This document shows positions 56,036 to 64,000 of a stretch of 64,000 bases of DNA, in pieces (positions within the stretch are counted from its first letter, which is position 1; each line of letters opens with the position of its first letter). The position numbers and the translations under genes were made by a program. The stretch is taken from positions 405,198-469,197 of the forward strand of contig JBAXXQ010000001.1 in the NCBI GenBank assembly GCA_037127795.1, in the 5' to 3' direction. The notes under the pieces were generated by a model that made no database searches, was not told the origin of the DNA, and worked only from the letters and a program-made list of their open reading frames with translations. The stretch is from a bacterium (GTDB taxonomy: Bacteria; Patescibacteriota; Minisyncoccia; Phycocordibacterales; UBA9973).

Positions 56036-56656
56036 CTATTCTTCAAAAATTTCCCACTTGGCAACTTTGAACATACCAAATGGTCCCTTTTTTGCTGGGC
56101 GATAATCTCCAAGACCAACCTTGGTTCCGGCAGCATCAAACAATTGTTTAACAATATCAGCCTGGCAGCCAAATTCTGCGGTGGTATTAATCTCTATCTC
56201 AAGATCAATTTCCCACGATTTAAACAAAGGTCTTACAATTCCTACCGCAACAGCTTTACCGCCATTTTTTAGTACACCCCTTCTTTTATCAACCACATAA
56301 TCTTCAGTACCTTCTTTAAAAGGAAGAAATGTAGCACCTAAAAAATCAAGGAATCCAAAAATACTAGTGGATTCAGCAGTAGAAATCTGCTTTTTACCAA
56401 TTTTTACACTGCGTCCTGCTTCTGCAAGACAGGCTGTTAGGTATTCAATCTTGATACCCGGTTTACCTTCTTCACTTTTAAGTACCTTACGAGCTGCAAT
56501 TTCTGAAAGAGGAATATCTTTCTGTGTTGCAGATTTTGCACTTACTCCAATAAGCTGATCAAGTAACTCATCAGTCATTGGGTTTTGTAACATTCCGTTA
56601 CCTTTTGCAGCAAGAGTTATTTTAACTCGTACGCTGTCCTTAGATTTTGTAGCCAT
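56036..56656 (-). CDS. Hypothetical 206-aa soluble protein
   Basis: Clean ORF with its own promoter region and terminator hairpin. No motif recognised. Confidence 0.4.
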   Translation of the reverse strand: MATKSKDSVRVKITLAAKGNGMLQNPMTDELLDQLIGVSAKSATQKDIPLSEIAARKVLKSEEGKPGIKIEYLTACLAEAGRSVKIGKKQISTAESTSIFGFLDFLGATFLPFKEGTEDYVVDKRRGVLKNGGKAVAVGIVRPLFKSWEIDLEIEINTTAEFGCQADIVKQLFDAAGTKVGLGDYRPAKKGPFGMFKVAKWEIFEE

Positions 56657-56804
56657 AGCTATTTAATTTTTAGTGAAACAATATATTTCTTTAATAGTAT
56701 ATACATATATAGATATTTTGTCAAGAACTATGCAAGTCCTTTTTTATATTTTCTAATTTTAGCTTATTTTATATGGTTTTTATATACTATGCTATACTAA
56801 TATC

Positions 56805-57722
56805 ATGATTTCTCGATACAATTACCGTGATTTTACTTGGATAGATATAGAATCACCTACTCAAGAAGAGCTTTTACATATTGCAGAAGAATGGGCAATT
56901 CCACCCCATATTTCTGAAGAACTTGCGAACCACACCATCAGACCAAAGGTAGAAAATACCAAGGATTTGCTTTATTTAGTACTTCACTTCCCTTCTACAA
57001 CTACCACCAACACCAAACACAAAGCATACGAGCTTGATTTTATTATAGGCAAAAACTTCCTCATCACCGTCCACTATGAGCCGATTGATGCATTATATGT
57101 ATTCTCAAAAACATTCGAGGTAAGCTCTATTTTAGACCGAGATAATCGCGCAAGCACTCCAGGGTTTGTATTTTCTGCACTTATTCGCGCATTGTACAAA
57201 AACTGTCTTGAAGAGCTCGATGCAATCACCCACACACTCAACGCACTCGAGCGAGAAATTTTTTCAAGTAAAGAAGATCTCACTATCAAACGTATTTCTT
57301 CTATTAGTAAAAAGATTCTTGATTTTAGACAAGCAACTCGCTCACATGCAGATATTTTAAAATCTTTTGAATCTACCAGCGTTGCTATTTTTGGACAAGA
57401 ATATAAACAAACAGCAGACATACTCATTTCTGAATACAACAAGGTCCACAATGCTGTCGAACAAAACAGAGATACACTCATGGAGCTCAAAGATACCCAT
57501 GCAGCCCTCGTATCAAGTCGTTCACAAGATATCATGAAGACGTTTACTGTGATGACTGTAATTATGCTCCCTATGAGTCTTTTGGTAGGGATATTCACTA
57601 TCCGTCTTCCTGAAGGAGTCTATCTCGCAAAAACCATACGCGACTTTTATTTTATACTAGGCGCAATGACACTCACCGCATTAGTAATGGTATTATTTTT
57701 CAAAATTAAAAAATGGATATAA
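56805..57722 (+). CDS. CorA-family divalent-cation transporter homologue with a divergent selectivity motif (TIR in place of GMN)
   Basis: CorA-like N-terminal cytoplasmic domain (WIDIESPTQEEL...IRPKVEN...LVLHF). Two C-terminal TM helices (MTVIMLPMSLLVGIFTIRLPEG ... FILGAMTLTALVMVLFF). The motif position reads G-I-F-T-I-R. Confidence 0.55.
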   Translation: MISRYNYRDFTWIDIESPTQEELLHIAEEWAIPPHISEELANHTIRPKVENTKDLLYLVLHFPSTTTTNTKHKAYELDFIIGKNFLITVHYEPIDALYVFSKTFEVSSILDRDNRASTPGFVFSALIRALYKNCLEELDAITHTLNALEREIFSSKEDLTIKRISSISKKILDFRQATRSHADILKSFESTSVAIFGQEYKQTADILISEYNKVHNAVEQNRDTLMELKDTHAALVSSRSQDIMKTFTVMTVIMLPMSLLVGIFTIRLPEGVYLAKTIRDFYFILGAMTLTALVMVLFFKIKKWI

Positions 57723-59098
57723 AGCTCTACAACACAAAATCTCGTTCAGTCGAAACATTCACCCCCATTACTCCAGGCGTGGTGACCATGTACGCATGTG
57801 GTCCGACCGTATACGACAAAACCCATATTGGGCATATGAAAAAATATATCGGTGACGACATTATTCGCCGTACTTTTAGCCTCCTTGGGTACAACGTAAA
57901 TCACGTGATGAATATCACCGACGTTGGCCACCTCACAGACGATGGCGATGCAGGCGATGACAAATTTGAAAAAGGTGCAAAAAAAGAAGGCAAATCTGTG
58001 TGGGATATTGCGCAATATTATACAGATTATTTTCATACTACTATGCGCGCAGTTGGTGTACTTACTCCGACACATGAGACCAAAGCAACAGACCATATTC
58101 CAGAAATGATTGCTCTCGTAGAAACACTTCTCAAAAAAGGCTTTGCATATGAGACTTCACAAGCAGTGTATTTTGATACTACTAAATATCCAGACTATGG
58201 CGCACTCTCTCGTCAAAAACTTTCAGACAAAGAGACAGCAGTACGCGACGAAGTGGTAGATGATATTGAAAAGAAACATGCTACAGACTTTTCTATTTGG
58301 TTCAAACGTATTGGCCGTTTTGCAGATCATAGTATGTATTGGCAAAACCCTGCAGGTATACCAGGTGACGGCTTCCCTGGGTGGCATATAGAGTGCTCAG
58401 CGATGAGTATGGCGTATTTGGGCGAGACTATAGATATACATACCGGCGGTATAGATCATATCCCTGTACACCACGAAAACGAGATAGCGCAGAGCTGCGC
58501 CGCAACAGGCAAAGATTTTGTACATTACTGGATACACCACGACTTTCTTCTTGTAGATGGAGAAAAGATGTCAAAGAGTAAACAAAACTTTTATACGCTC
58601 GAAGATATCATCGCGCGCAAATTGAATCCACTCGCTGTACGTATTCTTTTTATGCAAACAAGTTATCGCAAAACACTCAACTTCACCTGGGAAATGTTTG
58701 AGACCGCAGACCTCCAATTACAAAAACTTATTCGTTTTGCATCACACCAAAAAGACATAGGTACTCCTATCGATACATACATACAATCATTTAATGAAGC
58801 ACTTGCAGATGATTTCAATACAGCAAAAGCACTTGCTACTGTATGGGAAACACTCGGAGATAGTACACACGCTCAGGCTGATATTTGGGCAAGCTTGCTC
58901 TATATGGATCAAGTACTAGGACTCAACCTCAAAGAGACTCCTGTTTTTACCATCACCCCCGAAGCACAAACTATCATAGATGCTCGCAATACTGCACGCG
59001 CACAAAAAGATTTTGCAACAAGTGATACACTCCGTAACGAGCTTATAACACTAGGATACGAAGTACTCGACACTCCTGAAGGAACAAAAGTGCAATAA
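57713..59098 (+). CDS. cysS: Cysteinyl-tRNA synthetase
   Basis: MYACGPTVYDKTHIGHMKKY (HIGH), the zinc-binding Cys/His residues, and KMSKSKQN (KMSKS). Confidence 0.9.
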   Translation: MDIKLYNTKSRSVETFTPITPGVVTMYACGPTVYDKTHIGHMKKYIGDDIIRRTFSLLGYNVNHVMNITDVGHLTDDGDAGDDKFEKGAKKEGKSVWDIAQYYTDYFHTTMRAVGVLTPTHETKATDHIPEMIALVETLLKKGFAYETSQAVYFDTTKYPDYGALSRQKLSDKETAVRDEVVDDIEKKHATDFSIWFKRIGRFADHSMYWQNPAGIPGDGFPGWHIECSAMSMAYLGETIDIHTGGIDHIPVHHENEIAQSCAATGKDFVHYWIHHDFLLVDGEKMSKSKQNFYTLEDIIARKLNPLAVRILFMQTSYRKTLNFTWEMFETADLQLQKLIRFASHQKDIGTPIDTYIQSFNEALADDFNTAKALATVWETLGDSTHAQADIWASLLYMDQVLGLNLKETPVFTITPEAQTIIDARNTARAQKDFATSDTLRNELITLGYEVLDTPEGTKVQ

Positions 59099-59117
59099 TA
59101 TTTTTTATATATAAAAC

Positions 59118-60836
59118 CTAACTTGGGACGTTGAAGTCTGTTGTTTGTGATCCAGCCATTGGGAGCACGAGAGAGAATGTAGAACCTTTTCCGAGACCTT
59201 CTGATTCAATCACTACATCACCTTTGTGTGCTGCAGCAATTTGTTTTGCAAGATACAAGCCGAGACCGCTACCACCCGTATTGAGCTTACCGCCTTCACC
59301 ACGACTAAATTTTTGGAACAATTTATCCTTTGTTTCAGGACTAATACCAACACCTGAATCACTCACCGCAAAGACTACTTTGTCTGCTTTTTTGGTAAGA
59401 TGTACTGCCACAAATCCTTTTGGTGTGTACTTGATAGCGTTGTCTATAAGGTTGAGCACGATTTGGCGAATTTTTGTCGCATCTGCCACCACCATGAATT
59501 TATCTGTCTTGGACATATCGAGACGAAGCTCAAGAGATTTGTTTTGCGCAGGGATCTGCATTTCATTAAATACTGCTGTCACTATAGTACCGAGCTCTAT
59601 TGGAGAAAATGAGTACACCATTCCCCCTTGTTCGATTTTTGAAATATTGAGCAAGTCTTCTACGATATTGATAAGTCCTTGTGCTGATGCATAAATACGT
59701 CGTACAGCCTCATCCTGCCCCTCTGCAAGCTTGCCATATGAACCTTCATCAAGCATAGAAGAATACCCCTTGATAGCAGTAAGCGGACTACGGAGCTGGT
59801 GAGCAGCGAGCGAAAGGAACTCTGATTTGAGCTTATCAAGACTCTTCAATTTTTCATTTGCATTCGCAAGTCCCAAATTCGACTCTTCCAACTTCAAACG
59901 CAACTGTTCAAGCTTATCTTTCTGCTCGATTTCTTGCTTAACAGATTTAATCAATAATCTACCCAATAAAATAGCAATTAAAAATCCAATACCATTAAGA
60001 ATAAAATTTGTTCGCACTTTAATAAAGAAGAATTGTGACCCAATTATAGCAACAAGTCCCCAAATAAATGCCTGTGCTGCAAAAAGTTTTACATTAAAAA
60101 ACTGATAACGAACTATCAATACAGCCATATAGATTAAAAACACCATCATACCAAACTGTCCATATATTTCTAGTCCTGAATCACTCAAAAGACCTAATTT
60201 TGTTAAATACTGGACTACAAATACTATGCCAAAAAAAGATATCATGAATAATTCAATACCAACCCCCATATAGAGTATTTGTTTTTTAAATACAGAATCA
60301 GCTTTTCTGTATTTACGAATAAGGAGAATTAAGATCCAAAAAAATGAAATAACACTAAGTAGTATGTAGTAAAATTTAAATGGTAAATATTCAAACTGAA
60401 ACGCATCACAACTGGTAATATTAAAACCACTCACATTTAAAGCGGTTGGTGTCAAAATAAACACAGGAGCAAGTAGTATTAAAAATATTTTTTTAATTTT
60501 ATTTGAAACATCTTTTTTTTCTATGAACACATAAATAAAATAAATACAAAGAATAGCGATTGTACTAAGTATTATTCCTGAAAATGACCATACAAATAAC
60601 ATAAAACTACTATGTATATTAGTCCATTCGATAAGACTAATTACAGTCCACAACGAGAAAAATACACAAATCGCAAAAAACAATCTGTTAAGTATATAAA
60701 ATTGTCCTTTCAAGAAAATATAGAAACTAAAGACTAATGCTAAAATTGTAATTGGAATATATGCATAATACAAAAGCGCAGGAACACTTGAAGAAAAAAT
60801 TAAATATAGTGGTTCTGGAAAAAGATAACAAAGCAT
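59118..60836 (-). CDS. Sensor histidine kinase (multi-TM sensor, HisKA + HATPase_c). No adjacent response regulator.
   Basis: N-terminal ~10 TM helices. H-box LSLAAHQLRSPLTAIKGY. N/G boxes (LNLIDNAIKYT, SGVGIS, GGSGLGLYLAK). Confidence 0.7.
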   Translation of the reverse strand: MLCYLFPEPLYLIFSSSVPALLYYAYIPITILALVFSFYIFLKGQFYILNRLFFAICVFFSLWTVISLIEWTNIHSSFMLFVWSFSGIILSTIAILCIYFIYVFIEKKDVSNKIKKIFLILLAPVFILTPTALNVSGFNITSCDAFQFEYLPFKFYYILLSVISFFWILILLIRKYRKADSVFKKQILYMGVGIELFMISFFGIVFVVQYLTKLGLLSDSGLEIYGQFGMMVFLIYMAVLIVRYQFFNVKLFAAQAFIWGLVAIIGSQFFFIKVRTNFILNGIGFLIAILLGRLLIKSVKQEIEQKDKLEQLRLKLEESNLGLANANEKLKSLDKLKSEFLSLAAHQLRSPLTAIKGYSSMLDEGSYGKLAEGQDEAVRRIYASAQGLINIVEDLLNISKIEQGGMVYSFSPIELGTIVTAVFNEMQIPAQNKSLELRLDMSKTDKFMVVADATKIRQIVLNLIDNAIKYTPKGFVAVHLTKKADKVVFAVSDSGVGISPETKDKLFQKFSRGEGGKLNTGGSGLGLYLAKQIAAAHKGDVVIESEGLGKGSTFSLVLPMAGSQTTDFNVPS

Positions 60837-60839
60837 ATA

Positions 60840-61229
60840 TTAACTATCTGATTTTATTAAACTGGTAAAATCAGAACAAGTCTCGTTATTTGCTATATCT
60901 ATAGCACTATCAGAGCAATACGTAATAGAACATTTCCTATCACCTGTAATACAACTATTTGCGGCATCACAATTTGTTATATCATTACCACACTCCTTAT
61001 ATAGATCTGGTTTATATTTTTGAATTTTTGAAAAATAAGTCTTTGTTGTGCATTGATCATCACTACAAACAGTAAAACACTTGTTATATTGTGGGTCGCA
61101 AGTACCATTATAGGCGACAACATAGTCTCCCTTAATAAAAAATTTATAAAAAGAAATAATACTAATTATAAAGATTAAACAAATAAGGATAGTTGAAAGA
61201 GTATGATTTCGTATATATTGGATATTCAT
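60840..61229 (-). CDS. Small membrane-anchored Cys-rich extracellular protein
   Basis: N-terminal TM helix (LSTILICLIFIISIISFY), then a domain with about 14 Cys in about 95 residues. Confidence 0.4.
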   Translation of the reverse strand: MNIQYIRNHTLSTILICLIFIISIISFYKFFIKGDYVVAYNGTCDPQYNKCFTVCSDDQCTTKTYFSKIQKYKPDLYKECGNDITNCDAANSCITGDRKCSITYCSDSAIDIANNETCSDFTSLIKSDS

Positions 61230-61258
61230 ATTTTTTAACTTATTTTATTATATCACAA

Positions 61259-62215
61259 TCAAAGTTCTAAAGTAAATTTATATAAGAACGATTCTGGTTT
61301 AAAACTCTCTTTAAAATACCTAAGACCTGGAATACCTAAATCTTGCTCAAAGTTATAATAAGTAACACCAAGTTTTTGTAATTCTACAGCTTCTTGCCAT
61401 ATCAAAAAATCAATTACACCAAAATGAGTAATATCCGTTTTTGAAAAGTGTGCAGTTGCATACAAATTAGAAACTATCTCATACATGGTAAAACCAACCA
61501 AAGCATCATTTACATATAACGAAACTATTTTTAGAGAATCATTTTTAAACTCAAAAACCCTATCTAACGCTTTAAATTCATTAAGTTCAAAAGTATTATC
61601 TAAAGACTTATTATCTGACCATTTTTTAAAGAAATCAAGATATATCTCCTTTTTAACATTACTAACTAGTGAGTGTTCTACTCGATAATTTGGATATTTT
61701 GATATAAATTTTTTAATATTTTTCTTATGAGTATTTCCTAATCTCCACTGATCCATAGACGCCAAATTTGCAATAGAATATATATAATCAGCAGAGTCCT
61801 TATCTAAGGTTTTTTTATACTCGGATAACTTAGATAACGAAACGACCTCTTCAGGAATTAATTGTAGTATCTTTTTTCCATAATTTCTTTGAGAAAAATC
61901 AAACAGTTTTTGTATAGTATCATCAACTTCATTTTTACCGATAAAAGAAAGGAATCTATCATTGGTAATATAATCGTTAAAAATAACAACAAGATTTCCA
62001 TTTAATACAGAAATAAGTTTAGTTTTTTCTACATCCCAAGACCACATACTTATAAAATTAAAATCTGAGTATGGAAAAAAAGCGCTTGTATATGTATTAA
62101 TATCTTCCTGATCAGATAATTCTAATTTTTTAAAATTGGGAAAATGTGGAATCATAAAATAGAAAGTAAATAAGCCCCTATAAATGTTATACAGATAGCT
62201 ATAATTTTTTGCCAA
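61259..62215 (-). CDS. DUF2156/LPG-synthase-C-like protein (aminoacyl-phosphatidylglycerol synthase C-terminal-domain homologue)
   Basis: ~300-aa soluble protein. The C-terminal NFEQDLGIPGLRYFKESFKP segment resembles the conserved end of MprF-type aa-tRNA-dependent transferase domains. Overlaps the downstream DMT transporter by 64 nt. Confidence 0.35.
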   Translation of the reverse strand: MAKNYSYLYNIYRGLFTFYFMIPHFPNFKKLELSDQEDINTYTSAFFPYSDFNFISMWSWDVEKTKLISVLNGNLVVIFNDYITNDRFLSFIGKNEVDDTIQKLFDFSQRNYGKKILQLIPEEVVSLSKLSEYKKTLDKDSADYIYSIANLASMDQWRLGNTHKKNIKKFISKYPNYRVEHSLVSNVKKEIYLDFFKKWSDNKSLDNTFELNEFKALDRVFEFKNDSLKIVSLYVNDALVGFTMYEIVSNLYATAHFSKTDITHFGVIDFLIWQEAVELQKLGVTYYNFEQDLGIPGLRYFKESFKPESFLYKFTLEL

Positions 62216-63069
62216 AGATGTTTAGCTTGTATCTTTTCAACAGCCACCCTAGGAAAGAATATAGTTAAAATAATACCTATAATAAACACAAAGATTGGCT
62301 GGAATGCTTCAGCAAGAAAAACAAGCGCAATAGGAGCAAGCATGTACGCAAAAGAGAATGCCATATTACCTAAAAGATAAAATGCCTCATTTAATGCATA
62401 TAGTGAGATTATTTTTTTTGAGTTATCTTTGAGTGCTCTTATAAAATTACGTCGATATGTTCCTATAAAAACAAAGATCAAACTACCTATAATTGCGAGT
62501 GCAAAATTTTCCCAAAAAAACGAAACCCAAACATTTTCTTCTAGTGCTACAGCCTTGAACAAAACACCTCCTATTGCCCAAAAAAAGGCTGCTGCTAGCA
62601 TAGGAATAATAACTTTTTTACGTAATTTAAAATGATTTTCTGTATCTATTTCAAAAGAAATAATAGCGGCACCCAAAATAGTTATAAACATTGCCGCTAT
62701 CTGTAATCCAGTTAAAACTTCGCCGAGAATAAAGTAGCCTAATATGTAAGCGAAGACTGGCACTAATTGATAAAAAACAACAGCAACAGAGGCCTCCTCA
62801 TACTGAAGAGCTATTAAATAACACCATAAAACAGCAACATTACATAATCCAGAAACAACCAAAACGAGTAAGTGGATACCTCCAACATGTAAAACTTTTG
62901 GATCTATTATATAAAGAATAGGTAATGTAACAATAGAGAAAACAGATGAAAAAATAAGAATAGAACCAATACCACTACTTTTAAAGTATTTTTCTAAAAG
63001 AAACTTGTCTATATGGTTTGTTAACGCATACATCAGTGGACCAACAAGTGCAATAAAAAGCCAAGTCAT
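62152..63069 (-). CDS. DMT-superfamily (EamA-like) transporter
   Basis: 10 TM helices as two EamA-like repeats. Typical length of ~300 aa. Confidence 0.6.
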   Translation of the reverse strand: MTWLFIALVGPLMYALTNHIDKFLLEKYFKSSGIGSILIFSSVFSIVTLPILYIIDPKVLHVGGIHLLVLVVSGLCNVAVLWCYLIALQYEEASVAVVFYQLVPVFAYILGYFILGEVLTGLQIAAMFITILGAAIISFEIDTENHFKLRKKVIIPMLAAAFFWAIGGVLFKAVALEENVWVSFFWENFALAIIGSLIFVFIGTYRRNFIRALKDNSKKIISLYALNEAFYLLGNMAFSFAYMLAPIALVFLAEAFQPIFVFIIGIILTIFFPRVAVEKIQAKHLWQKIIAICITFIGAYLLSIL

Positions 63070-63124
63070 AGTACTTATTATAATACGCTAATTAAAATAA
63101 AAGTCAATTTTTAAAAAAACCTCT

Positions 63125-63520
63125 CTATTCTAAGTTAAAAGATGGATATCTTGTACCTCTTTTTACAAAATTCGTTTCAGTATTTTTGAGTTTAAAAAGA
63201 TCTACAAAATATTTTTCTATAAAAGTACAATCCATACCATTTTTACAAGTATATGCATCAATACTCACAAAACCTCGAGCTGCGAAAGTATGAATACTAA
63301 TATGACTTTCTGCGATAACAACAAAACCACTCCACCCCCCAGGATCTTTTTGACTTAAATCTTCTGCAAAATATACTACCGGTTGTGCAAGTTTTTTCAT
63401 ACCAAGTTTTTCTGGTAAATCATTAAGCGCACCGAGAACAAGAGCTTTTGAATTCAAAAGTGTAATATCTCCCCCATATCCATCAAGCATAAAATGCTCT
63501 CCAAAATTTTCTGTTTGCAT
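63125..63520 (-). CDS. speH: S-adenosylmethionine decarboxylase proenzyme (SpeH type)
   Basis: GEHFMLDGYGGD and the self-processing/active-site region AESHISIHTFAARGFVSIDAYTC (ESHxxxHTxPE..DxxTCG). Confidence 0.7.
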   Translation of the reverse strand: MQTENFGEHFMLDGYGGDITLLNSKALVLGALNDLPEKLGMKKLAQPVVYFAEDLSQKDPGGWSGFVVIAESHISIHTFAARGFVSIDAYTCKNGMDCTFIEKYFVDLFKLKNTETNFVKRGTRYPSFNLE

Positions 63521-63578
63521 AATTTTTAAATTATAACACAAATAAAGCCTATATAATACATATGATATACTATATATT

Positions 63579-64000
63579 ATGAGTGAAAAATTTCCATCTG
63601 AACAAAATATAGAAAATGAGAATGTATTAGAACAAAAAGAACAGAATAGGTTTACTATCGAACCCTTTACTTTTAACCCTCAAAAACTTGAAGAATTAGA
63701 AGATATAGCAAAACAATTATATTCTATTGATCAGAAACGTTTTTCAGGGGATCAATTTTTTAATTTAGAATTATTTAAGAGTGTTTTAATTAACACTATT
63801 CCAAACGAAACCAATAACGGAAAAATAAACACTGTTATTTTAATAAAAAATCCAAAATCTAATTCTATATTTGGTTTTATTTATGCGGAACCAGCAGAAA
63901 ATATTTATACAGATAGCGAAGACGAACTCCTAAATTTTTTCCCAGAAAGACTCTCTAATCCAGATATTGAATCTACTGCATATATCACAGATTTAGCTTT
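63579..64000 (+). CDS. Hypothetical protein, 5' part. Runs off the window end.
   Basis: ATG at 63579, open to the window end (MSEKFPSEQNIENE...). Not in the ORF track because no stop lies within the window. Confidence 0.3.
   Translation, partial: MSEKFPSEQNIENENVLEQKEQNRFTIEPFTFNPQKLEELEDIAKQLYSIDQKRFSGDQFFNLELFKSVLINTIPNETNNGKINTVILIKNPKSNSIFGFIYAEPAENIYTDSEDELLNFFPERLSNPDIESTAYITDLA

Overview
This window is an AT-rich, gene-dense bacterial chromosome segment with short intergenic spacers and little visible Shine-Dalgarno signal. That is consistent with a small-genome, possibly CPR/Patescibacteria-like organism, but the lineage is inference only.

Most of the window is housekeeping:
- Cell division and wall synthesis: mreB, ftsA-ftsZ, murG-ftsW-mraY, murJ, scpAB.
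- Replication and recombination: holB, priA-like, dnaB, recR.
- Translation: rpsU, rplU, lepA, frr (partial), valS, leuS, trpS, cysS, a class-IIb AspRS/AsnRS, tsaD, ybeY.
- Six tRNA loci.

Less ordinary features:
1. An ~8 kb integrative element sits in tRNA-Phe, bounded by 70-bp direct repeats. It carries a tyrosine integrase, a Prim-Pol/helicase replication protein, an iteron-plus-inverted-repeat origin, and four cargo ORFs with no recognisable domains.
2. A 790-aa protein looks like a catalytically degenerate fusion of the RNA polymerase beta C-terminus and beta' N-terminus.
3. LeuRS carries an inserted RBBP9/YdeN-type serine-hydrolase domain.
4. A DinG/XPD-like helicase gene is flanked by repeated palindromic hairpin modules.
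5. A 44-aa Gly/Thr-rich peptide gene with its own strong promoter lies beside two ABC exporter genes.
6. The PriA homologue has lost its Walker A and B motifs.
7. A CorA-like protein has TIR in place of the GMN signature.

No CRISPR array was seen. All calls come from reading the sequence and ORF translations by eye. No database search was run.
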